From: a virus
Strand: one strand, 5' to 3'
Length of the DNA stretch: 64,000 nt
IMG/VR virus record: IMGVR_UViG_3300029267_001718
Location: 1 to 64,000 of that record
Shown here: one piece after another, positions 38,501 to 46,908 of the stretch
Position numbering within the stretch: position 1 is the first letter of the stretch
Layout of the letters: each line of letters opens with the position of its first letter
The notes under the pieces: generated by a model
Told to the model about the DNA's origin: nothing
The model's input: the letters and a program-made list of their open reading frames with translations, nothing else
Databases searched by the model: none
Made by a program: the position numbers and the translations under genes

Positions 38501-40240
38501 ATGAAAATTGCGATGATTGGTGAGTCGTTGGGAGTGCCGTCTGGTTTTGGCGTTCAATCTCGGATGATTGCTGAAGGATTGGCAAAACGCAAGCACGAGG
38601 TTGTGGTCATCGGAACTCCTTCGGTTCCGTTGAAAGATCCGGTCGACAATCTTACGGAGATCCGTTGCGAACAGATCAATGATTTGGAGGCGGTGGATCG
38701 CATCCTGCATAGGATTAAACCAGACGCGGTGATTTGTTTTTACTACATGGGCATGTGCGCACACTGGTCGAAGCTATCATCAGCCCCGCCAAACTGTCCT
38801 ATGTATTTCTGGATGCCTTGGGAAGCGAGTTCGCCGGAACACGATTTGGATCTGCTACTGAAGACAATTCCGGAAGATCACATCGTGCATCTGACGAAAT
38901 ATGGTCAGCAATTGTGGGAGGGTGTCTTTCAATCGAAAAACATCATTCCGCACGGAGTCGACTTGTCGATCTTCAAACCTCGAAACGTTTCGCAGTCGGC
39001 ACTTCGGCGGGAGTGGGCGGAGAAACTGCGGTTCCCTCTGTTTGAGGATTCGCTGATCGTGTTGAACGTCGATAGAAACGTGTGGCATAAGCGTTGGGAT
39101 GCGACGTTTGATTTTATTCGGCGACTGCAGGAAACTGAGAGTCGCACGGTTCAACTGATCGCACACACGCGGATTCACGAAAAGGGTGAGCACGGTCATC
39201 CCAAGGGCTACAATCTCCCGAAACTGGAAGCACTCTACGGACTGACGGGCAAGGTCTGCTACACTCATTTTGAGTGGGCGACGGGGTTAGACCGTCAAAC
39301 GTTGGCGAAGTTGTATCGTGTAGCTGATTTGCGGATCTCCACATCGATGGGTGAAGGGTTCGGCGTTCCCACAATTGAAGCGATGGGGATCGGTCTCCCT
39401 CAAATCGTCAACAAGCAAACAACGATGCCGGATATCCTTGGTGAAGACTGTCCATATATGGTCGAGCCCGCATTCACGCAGGAGCAATCTGGTCACCTTT
39501 GGCAAGTGCCTGATGTGATGGCGATGGTGGATCGTGCTCGGTATTTGATTGAAGACCCGAAAGTGGTCAAAGCGGAACGCACCAAACATCGACGGCGGGT
39601 GCAAAAGTTCGACTCGGAAAAGGTGGTCGACGCTTGGGAAGAACTGCTGAAAAAGGGACGGCGTAGCAATCCTCCGGAACAATGTTGGCGTTTCCACCGT
39701 TGGGGCTATGGGGCGAAGCATTTCAATATGGATAAGTTGAAGGCTACGGCGAAGGTTGTCAGCCGACTCGGGCGACTCCCGAAAACGTTGGTCGTCGGGG
39801 CATTTGATGGTAGAATGTTGGAGTTCTGCCTAGATGCGGGTTGTGATGTCTTTGGAATCGAATACGATGCAGAAGTCGTCAAAACTGCAGCGGCGATAAT
39901 TCGCGATTCGATTAAGGTGATTACTGATGCCGATCCTTGGCCGGATGCAGAAGTTGCGGTGGTGACGGACGAATTATATCGGACGAACGACGCGGAAGCA
40001 CTTCTCGACAAGCTATCTGAATACGAGTGGGTGGTGTTGCGAAATCGGCGGATCTTTTTGTGGGATCGCGATGAGTTGGACGTTGATAGCCTGATGAAAT
40101 ATTTCAGGACGCAAGGGATGACTCGGCGACACGACTTGGAGAAAATGGCTCGCGAGAAAATCGACGATGAGTTCGATCACGAAATCTGGCAGCGTGGCCA
40201 GGACACGTCGAAAATTCCACACGCGTTTGCGAAGGCATAG
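38501..40240 (+). CDS. GT4 glycosyltransferase with C-terminal methyltransferase-like domain
   Basis: SGFG, IPHGVD..F.P, RNVWHK, STSMGEGFGVPTIEAM; C-terminal LVVGAFDG...GIEYD. Confidence 0.85.
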   Translation: MKIAMIGESLGVPSGFGVQSRMIAEGLAKRKHEVVVIGTPSVPLKDPVDNLTEIRCEQINDLEAVDRILHRIKPDAVICFYYMGMCAHWSKLSSAPPNCPMYFWMPWEASSPEHDLDLLLKTIPEDHIVHLTKYGQQLWEGVFQSKNIIPHGVDLSIFKPRNVSQSALRREWAEKLRFPLFEDSLIVLNVDRNVWHKRWDATFDFIRRLQETESRTVQLIAHTRIHEKGEHGHPKGYNLPKLEALYGLTGKVCYTHFEWATGLDRQTLAKLYRVADLRISTSMGEGFGVPTIEAMGIGLPQIVNKQTTMPDILGEDCPYMVEPAFTQEQSGHLWQVPDVMAMVDRARYLIEDPKVVKAERTKHRRRVQKFDSEKVVDAWEELLKKGRRSNPPEQCWRFHRWGYGAKHFNMDKLKATAKVVSRLGRLPKTLVVGAFDGRMLEFCLDAGCDVFGIEYDAEVVKTAAAIIRDSIKVITDADPWPDAEVAVVTDELYRTNDAEALLDKLSEYEWVVLRNRRIFLWDRDELDVDSLMKYFRTQGMTRRHDLEKMAREKIDDEFDHEIWQRGQDTSKIPHAFAKA

Positions 40241-40242
40241 CC

Positions 40243-42474
40243 ATGAGTTGTATTGCTGATGAAACTCTGATGAATGACCTAGTCAACTGGTCGATGACTA
40301 GTGCGATGGGCGGGCAATATTCTGGAAGCGTTCAACTGATGAACGCGAGCGGGCAATATGACGAGTCGCTCCACTGGACGCCGTTGAGGATCTACCTTGC
40401 AGCGACGGCGGTCGGTTCGGGTGGCGTGGATGTGAGTGGGTTGTGGGGAACAACGCACTGGATCAACGGATTGATTTCGTCAGTCCGCGAGGGTGAAGGA
40501 TTGTCGGCGGGACAAGTTTCGCTGTCAATCGTTTCTTACTTCACGCGGTTGGGGCGTAAGCCAGTCAATACCGAATTCTTCAACGCGTTGTCTCGGGGTG
40601 ATTACTTCGCTTCAGGGAATTCGAACAGTAGCTATGCGGAAGGCGGGTATTATCTTCAAGACGGGGGTGGATACGCGAGGGCGGGATCAACGCTCACGGA
40701 ACTTGCGGGGACGTGGACGATTGAGGACACGGACGGTAAGAAATGGACGCGTGTCGGCTCGGTCACAGGAACGTATACGGCAGCGGGCGGGGGTGCAACT
40801 GGTTCGCTGACGGTTGAAGGCACGTTGAACGTCGGCGACATATTGGCGGAGTTAGCCAGCCGTTACGGGACAACTCCACCCTGGCTCTACGATTTCAGCG
40901 AACTCGCTTCGGACGATCATCTGATTCGGGGAGTCGTGACGGGTAACAATTTGCTGGCGGAAATGCAAGCCGTCGCGGAAGCGGGCGAGTCTGATCTGTT
41001 CGTGCAAGCGGATGGTATTCTCACGGCGGGGTTGTGGAAGGACGCGAGTGATTCGGTCGACTTCGTGATTCCTGCCGAGGCTGTTATCGAAGCGAACATT
41101 TCTCACGAACAGGACTTCGGTCCTTCGATCTTGAAAGTCAGCGGGCGGTTTTTCTCCGAATACGAATGTGGCGATCAGCAAATGATCTGCGGGGGCGGGG
41201 GTGGTGGCAAGCCTGGGGGATCGGGCAGTGGTCTTCCCGCACGTCGCCCGACGCGTGGCGAGCAGAAAATTTGTGCGAAGGTTGGGATTGCTGAACCCGA
41301 TGCTCGGGCGAGACTGCAGGGGATCAAGGTTGGTGCTCAATCTGGAAACGTCGATGGAGCAAACTTCGAAATCACTGACGGCGACGGTGATTATGAGTCG
41401 GGTGATGAAGCTACGATCACGGTGCGACAAGGCTCGGACGGTGAAATCGAAATGGTTCCGACTACTCAAGGTTTTCTCGCTGCAGGGGATCATTCGGTGA
41501 CACTCGGGGCACGCGGGCGGGCGAAACCTCCGGAGTCAATCGACGGTCCTGGGGCGAAGAAAAAACTCGGGGCGGAAAAAGCGAAGGCGGTCGAAAAACA
41601 ACTCAAGGCGATGGTCAAAAAATTGACCAAAGGCAAAAAGGCTGCGGTCGGTGGTGCAGGTGGCGGTGCGGGCGGTGGTGGTAGTGGCACGAGCGGCGGT
41701 GGTGCGAACGCTGGAACGTCGGCGGACAAAGCGAATGATGAGAAAGATCCGAATCGCATCGAAATGATCGTCACTGATCCGGACTTGCAGAATGAATTCG
41801 GAACGGTAGTGGAGTCGATTGATAACCTCTACATCTCCGACAAAGAAACTCTTTTCGACGTGGCGGTTCATCGGTTCCAAGAATTCAAACGTCAGCGGAA
41901 AGTGTGGACGGTGAAATGTACGCACATCGATACGCTTCGACTCAACCAAGTCGTGCAGTTCCGGACGCCTAAGCAAAATACTTTGGTGACGGGTCTGTTG
42001 TCTCAGATCGCAGGTGGTTATAATCCTGAACCCACTGCACAAATGACTTTGCTCGTCGAATCCTTTGAAGACATTGGAGCGACCGAATACACGTCGGACA
42101 ATCTTCTCTTGTGTGGCGAGTTTGAGGGCGTCAACGAAATTGGACAAGGGACGGTTTGGGTTTGCGATGACGATGAGCGGATCTGGGCGGCTGACGGGTA
42201 CATGGTTGTCGAGGGAGCGGGGATTGTCTATCAGTGGATTAACGTGGATGTCAATGCTACTTACGACGTTGAGGTTTTTGGGTTCAAGCCTGGAGGCGGC
42301 GGTGGTGTGGCTACGTTGTCCTTCGGTGGTTCGTCAACGAACTGTCTCAGCAACTCCACGACGAGCATCACGGGAATCACGCCAGCGTCGTCGCCCGCTC
42401 AATTCAAACTCGACGTTACTTCGGGGCAGTGGGAATTCAAAAAGCCACGACTTGTCAAACACATCACTGCTTAA
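40243..42474 (+). CDS. Tail tip/hub-like protein with Gly-rich linkers
   Basis: Last gene of the tail module; beta-sandwich-like C-terminus. Confidence 0.55.
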   Translation: MSCIADETLMNDLVNWSMTSAMGGQYSGSVQLMNASGQYDESLHWTPLRIYLAATAVGSGGVDVSGLWGTTHWINGLISSVREGEGLSAGQVSLSIVSYFTRLGRKPVNTEFFNALSRGDYFASGNSNSSYAEGGYYLQDGGGYARAGSTLTELAGTWTIEDTDGKKWTRVGSVTGTYTAAGGGATGSLTVEGTLNVGDILAELASRYGTTPPWLYDFSELASDDHLIRGVVTGNNLLAEMQAVAEAGESDLFVQADGILTAGLWKDASDSVDFVIPAEAVIEANISHEQDFGPSILKVSGRFFSEYECGDQQMICGGGGGGKPGGSGSGLPARRPTRGEQKICAKVGIAEPDARARLQGIKVGAQSGNVDGANFEITDGDGDYESGDEATITVRQGSDGEIEMVPTTQGFLAAGDHSVTLGARGRAKPPESIDGPGAKKKLGAEKAKAVEKQLKAMVKKLTKGKKAAVGGAGGGAGGGGSGTSGGGANAGTSADKANDEKDPNRIEMIVTDPDLQNEFGTVVESIDNLYISDKETLFDVAVHRFQEFKRQRKVWTVKCTHIDTLRLNQVVQFRTPKQNTLVTGLLSQIAGGYNPEPTAQMTLLVESFEDIGATEYTSDNLLLCGEFEGVNEIGQGTVWVCDDDERIWAADGYMVVEGAGIVYQWINVDVNATYDVEVFGFKPGGGGGVATLSFGGSSTNCLSNSTTSITGITPASSPAQFKLDVTSGQWEFKKPRLVKHITA

Positions 42475-42500
42475 TGTCCCCGGGGACACTGGAGCGAACG

Positions 42501-43013
42501 ATGTCTAATCCGTCAGCAACGGTTAAGGAAATGTTGGCACGTGCGGAAGCACGTAAAAAACGCGTTGCGGATGACGTTCTTCAGGATGCGAAACCAAAGC
42601 GACGGTGGAAACCGAAAACGCCGAAGCAGCGGGTTTGGGATTACTTCATCAGTGAGTTTCGCGATAGATGGCCGATGTCGTTCGCGTCAACGGAGCGGTC
42701 AATGCCTGGGGGTGAGGACGCGGGCAATCAACGAACGTACGCGGCGGAATATCGGCGAGTGAATGCGATCTTGAAATTCTGCAACGCTGACGAAGGTCTG
42801 GCCAAGCGTATGGTAGCTTTCGTTTTCGATAATTGGGATAAATTCAGCACGACGGATCGCGACGTGCCAACGTTCAATCTAGTAGGCACCGTGGGGTTTC
42901 TTCAGGTGGTACGAACTCGGATGCTGAATGGGTTTCCGAAGAAACGTGAAGATGAACGGATGCTGACGCGGTGCGATGAAGAGGCGATGGACGCGGAAAC
43001 GTCTGAGTGGTAA
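42501..43013 (+). CDS. Hypothetical protein, possible replication initiator
   Basis: Precedes DnaC-like and DnaB genes; GGAG RBS. Confidence 0.45.
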   Translation: MSNPSATVKEMLARAEARKKRVADDVLQDAKPKRRWKPKTPKQRVWDYFISEFRDRWPMSFASTERSMPGGEDAGNQRTYAAEYRRVNAILKFCNADEGLAKRMVAFVFDNWDKFSTTDRDVPTFNLVGTVGFLQVVRTRMLNGFPKKREDERMLTRCDEEAMDAETSEW

Positions 43014-43585
43014 TGGACGAGAAGATTTTAGAACGTATGCGACTCCCGCGAAATCATTGGGGGTCGAGACTTGCCGAGATTCCGGATGCGTGCGAACACA
43101 AGGAAAAATTTCAACGTTACGTTGAAGACATTTCTGAGCACGTGCGGGACGGTCGGGGGTTGCTACTGCTTGGCAAGTATTCTACGGGCAAGTCCGCATG
43201 TGCAGCAATCTGTTTGAAGGCTGCGGCGGTTGCTGGTCACCTTGGGTTGTGGATCAATGCCCGCGAGATTCTATCACACAAAATACAAAAGACTCCATTC
43301 GATGAAGAATTCACACTGTATGAGCGTGTGCTGGTTGTTCCGGTTCTGGTCGTCGATGAAGTGACGGTTGCATCGACGGCGACACAAGTTGAGGCTGAAA
43401 TTGAAAACGTTGTTCGCTCTCGGTTGGAGGATCGGCGGGCGACGATTGTCACGACTAACGAGATCAAGACAACGTTTACAAAACGGATGCCTGGATTGGC
43501 AGCAGCGATGAAGGAATGTATGTTTCCGCTGAAATGTGGTGGACATGACTTTCGGGAGGAACGGAAGGCTACGTGGGAGCTCTAG
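43013..43585 (+). CDS. DnaC/IstB-like helicase loader ATPase
   Basis: GKYSTGKS, VLVVDEV, R...RRATIVTTN, GHDFR. Confidence 0.85.
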   Translation: MDEKILERMRLPRNHWGSRLAEIPDACEHKEKFQRYVEDISEHVRDGRGLLLLGKYSTGKSACAAICLKAAAVAGHLGLWINAREILSHKIQKTPFDEEFTLYERVLVVPVLVVDEVTVASTATQVEAEIENVVRSRLEDRRATIVTTNEIKTTFTKRMPGLAAAMKECMFPLKCGGHDFREERKATWEL

Positions 43586-44868
43586 GAAAACGATTGATTG
43601 CGGCGTTGCTGCATGAGAAAGATTCTGCGGAACTCACCCGTGCGGGTGTGGGCGAGCACAATCTTTTTGATGACGCGAAGACTGCTTACAATTGGGCGAT
43701 TTCATTTCACGACGCAGAAGGATTTTGGCCGACTGCCGAAATGCTTCACGAGAATACAGGAATCGAACTGCCCGATTCTCCTGAGCCGCTGTCTTATCTC
43801 GCGGATCTTGTTCGTAAGCGAACACTCGGCAAAGCAATCGAAACTCGGATGAAGGATGCGATTGCGGAACTGGAAGGCCGAGATCCTGATGAAGCCCTCC
43901 GGTTGCTGAACGAAACTGCGTCGGCGTTGCGTCCGTTGAGTGTTCGGTCGAAGGTGACGAAATTCGTTGAAGACGCTTCGAAACGTGTCGGCGATTATCT
44001 TGAGGAAAAGAAACTCGGCGTTCGTGGAATGCCTACACCTTGGAAGTCGCTGGATCACGTTATTCAGGGCTGGATTGACGGAACGCTGAACGTCTTCACA
44101 GCGATGCAGAACACTGGAAAAACTTGGGCGATCTGTGTCTGTGCGGATAACTCACTTGAGCAGAATCAACGCGTGCTCTTAGTGACGATGGAAATGGCAG
44201 CGGCTCGGATTCATCGACGCTTGGATGCGATCCACTACAGGATGCCTTGGAAGGATCTGCGTGATTGGGAACTCGATGTCGGAACGGTCGAACGTTGGGA
44301 ACGTGAAGCATCGAAAATGGACTTCAGCGGAGACATTCTCATCGCCGATAAAAAACTTGTGCGGCGTGTGTCGGATGTCACGGCGTTAGTCAACGAACAC
44401 AAGCCCGATATCGTCTATATCGATGGCGGGTATCGATTCGAAGGGAATCAGGCGGGGAGTTCGGGCAAATGGGAAAACACGGTCGACATTGTCACGGATC
44501 TGCAACTAGCTGCGGAAGTGACTGAAATTCCTTGGGTGGTGTCGACTCAACACGGGGACGCACAAACGACAGGGAAAGACCCGAAGCGTGGACCGAAAAT
44601 GCGGGCGTGGAATGTTCGCTACGGTAAGGAATGGACGATCAACCCCGACAATGTGATAGGGCTGTTTGCCAACGAGGACATGCGGCTGATGCAGCAACTT
44701 GAGATCTCGTTTCTGAAGATTCGGGATGGTGCGGGCGAAACGTTTGGATCGGAATTTCGAATCAATTGGAATATGAAGAAAATGGACTTCTCGGAGATCG
44801 TCGTCACCGAGGACGACGGTGCTCCCGGGGACACTGACGAGGGTGCGGCTCACAAGGTGGATTTCTGA
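43573..44868 (+). CDS. dnaB: DnaB-like replicative helicase
   Basis: TPWKSLD, NTGKT, VTMEM, IVYIDG, STQ. Confidence 0.85.
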   Translation: MGALGKRLIAALLHEKDSAELTRAGVGEHNLFDDAKTAYNWAISFHDAEGFWPTAEMLHENTGIELPDSPEPLSYLADLVRKRTLGKAIETRMKDAIAELEGRDPDEALRLLNETASALRPLSVRSKVTKFVEDASKRVGDYLEEKKLGVRGMPTPWKSLDHVIQGWIDGTLNVFTAMQNTGKTWAICVCADNSLEQNQRVLLVTMEMAAARIHRRLDAIHYRMPWKDLRDWELDVGTVERWEREASKMDFSGDILIADKKLVRRVSDVTALVNEHKPDIVYIDGGYRFEGNQAGSSGKWENTVDIVTDLQLAAEVTEIPWVVSTQHGDAQTTGKDPKRGPKMRAWNVRYGKEWTINPDNVIGLFANEDMRLMQQLEISFLKIRDGAGETFGSEFRINWNMKKMDFSEIVVTEDDGAPGDTDEGAAHKVDF

Positions 44869-45209
44869 TGTCTGACACACCCCCAACGGAGGGGAAAAAG
44901 CCCTCTGATACGATCCTGGCGATGCTCCGCGAGACGGATTCGGGCGAGTCGGTCGTCACATTGGCCGAAAATAGTACGAAACGTGTCTCCTGCGTCCGTT
45001 TCAGCGATCCTCGGGTGCGTTCGGCATTCTATGCACTGTACGAGGCAGGCCCGGGAAAGGGCTTTCTGATGGGTTCTACGTGGTACTCTGCAGCTTACGC
45101 AAAATACCTATACGACTACCTTCGCGAGATCTACGATGGAGTGGACCGAACTCAAGCTGATTCTGAACCAGATCGGGGTGAACACGGAGCATCTGTATCC
45201 GAACGGTGA
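44868..45209 (+). CDS. Hypothetical protein
   Basis: TGATG coupling with the helicase gene. Confidence 0.5.
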   Translation: MSDTPPTEGKKPSDTILAMLRETDSGESVVTLAENSTKRVSCVRFSDPRVRSAFYALYEAGPGKGFLMGSTWYSAAYAKYLYDYLREIYDGVDRTQADSEPDRGEHGASVSER

Positions 45210-46113
45210 CCACGTTCAGATCCCTTGCCCACTTGCCCCGTGGTTCCACAAAAAGCGAACGGATCACCACCCGTCGCTGTCGATCAAGTTCGGCGAGCCT
45301 CCAACGCTCTGGAAATGTTTCTCGTGCGGCGAGGGCGGCAAGCTGTGGTCGCTGGTCGATTCTGTTGCTACTCTCGGCGAACGTTCGGACCTTAACGCGT
45401 TAGCCGATAATCTGACGGTTAGCGATGAGCCATCGTTGGGAACTCGGCTCGCGTCGGCGATGTCTGGAATCGATTCGTGGAGTCTTCCAACGGTCAAAAC
45501 TCAAGTGCGTGTTTTGCAGCCAACGGTGCTCGATAACTTTCGGTTTATTCGGCCAGGATCGGACCCACATCGGTACGTTGTCGACCGAGTGCCTGAGTCA
45601 CGGATTGACGAGTTCCAACTGAAGTATGATCTGCACAAAGATAGGGTTGTGTTTCCGATCTTCAACCAAGCACATCAACTGCTCGGGGCGGTCGGTCGAA
45701 CGTTGGCCAGTGACCCGCGAAAATATTACAACTACTTCGGTGTCGAAACGGGCAAGTGTTTGGGCGGAGCCGACAAATTTACTGATCGTCCCAGACTGTT
45801 CATCGTTGAGGGATATTTTGACTTGTTGCGTTGTTGGGAGTGGGCGGCTGAACGTGACGCGGATGTGGCGTGCACGTTCAAAGCGGAGATCTCTCCGGAG
45901 CAAGCGGAACTGATCTTGGGTCTCGACAAAACAGTCTCGGTTTGGTATGATAATGACGTTGCTGGAAATCGTGGTTGGGATAAGGCTGAGAAAACAATTG
46001 GAAAATATTTGATCGGTCTGAAACGAGCACGACTTCCGGAAGACAAAGATGTGGGTGCATTAAGCGAACGGCATTTCAAGCACCTAGTTGACTCTCTTTA
46101 TGGAGAATTGTAA
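45136..46113 (+). CDS. DNA primase (CHC2 zinc finger plus TOPRIM)
   Basis: CPL...H...PS...CFSCG, RVVFPI, KY, IVEGYFD, YDND.AG, KDV. Confidence 0.9.
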   Translation: MEWTELKLILNQIGVNTEHLYPNGDHVQIPCPLAPWFHKKRTDHHPSLSIKFGEPPTLWKCFSCGEGGKLWSLVDSVATLGERSDLNALADNLTVSDEPSLGTRLASAMSGIDSWSLPTVKTQVRVLQPTVLDNFRFIRPGSDPHRYVVDRVPESRIDEFQLKYDLHKDRVVFPIFNQAHQLLGAVGRTLASDPRKYYNYFGVETGKCLGGADKFTDRPRLFIVEGYFDLLRCWEWAAERDADVACTFKAEISPEQAELILGLDKTVSVWYDNDVAGNRGWDKAEKTIGKYLIGLKRARLPEDKDVGALSERHFKHLVDSLYGEL

Positions 46114-46820
46114 TGAGCGACGAGCGACCCGATTGGCTGATCGGAACTGGGATCGATGACGCGGACATGTCAGGCGATCCAATTCCCGGGGGTGGAGCCT
46201 TCCAACGTCTCTGGATTCCTCGCGGCGAATCCAAGAAAATCATCTTCGTCACTGGGGGCGGTGAAGCCCCAATTCTTTGGGAACATCAATTCAACGTTGG
46301 CGGTTCGTGGCAGAACTGGGTGACGTGCGTTGAGCCCTTCGGAATGCCTTGCCAACTCTGTCGGTGGGCGGATGCGACAAGCAAGTTCCGGCGTTACAAG
46401 GGTGCGTTCTTCACGGTCATCGACTGCACCGAATTCAAAGACAAATCCGGTAAGGTTCGGAAGAACGAAAAACGGATTCTGTGTGCGAAGAAAAAGACGA
46501 CCGAAATTCTCAAACGGAAACGTCTCGCCCGGGTGGAGGAAGGGCAGGGGTTGAAGGGGGCGATGTTCAACGTTTATCGAACGAACGACGAACAATCGCC
46601 GAGCGTCGGAGACGACTACGAGTTCATCAAAATGGTGGACTTGAGTGACCTTCCGGTGGATACCGAACCTCACGATTTCAGCACGATGCTGAAGCCTGAT
46701 CCCGACAAGGTTGCTGCTGCTGTGCAAAGGCTTGCACGTGAGAGCGGCGGCAAATTTCCTTGGGAGTCGGGTGAAGGGGCGACGACGGCGGAGGGAACGG
46801 ATGCCTCCGTCGATTTTTGA
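46113..46820 (+). CDS. Single-stranded DNA-binding protein (putative)
   Basis: H...C...CxxC zinc motif, acidic/aromatic C-terminus DASVDF, between primase and polymerase. Confidence 0.65.
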   Translation: MSDERPDWLIGTGIDDADMSGDPIPGGGAFQRLWIPRGESKKIIFVTGGGEAPILWEHQFNVGGSWQNWVTCVEPFGMPCQLCRWADATSKFRRYKGAFFTVIDCTEFKDKSGKVRKNEKRILCAKKKTTEILKRKRLARVEEGQGLKGAMFNVYRTNDEQSPSVGDDYEFIKMVDLSDLPVDTEPHDFSTMLKPDPDKVAAAVQRLARESGGKFPWESGEGATTAEGTDASVDF

Positions 46821-46833
46821 TCGGCTGTAGCCA

Positions 46834-46895
46834 GGGATAGCACTTGGGTTCGGTTTGTGGTGAGCCTGTTTCCCCCAAGTGCTATCCCGATTTTT
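46834..46895 (+). terminator. Long stem-loop or terminator-like element
   Basis: 15-bp perfect inverted repeat GGGATAGCACTTGGG / CCCAAGTGCTATCCC followed by GATTTTT. Confidence 0.6.
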
Positions 46896-46908
46896 ATCGG
46901 ATGGTGGA

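Noticed and set aside
41640-41710. GGT/GGC-rich repeat tract
   Set aside because: Gly-rich linker coding sequence.
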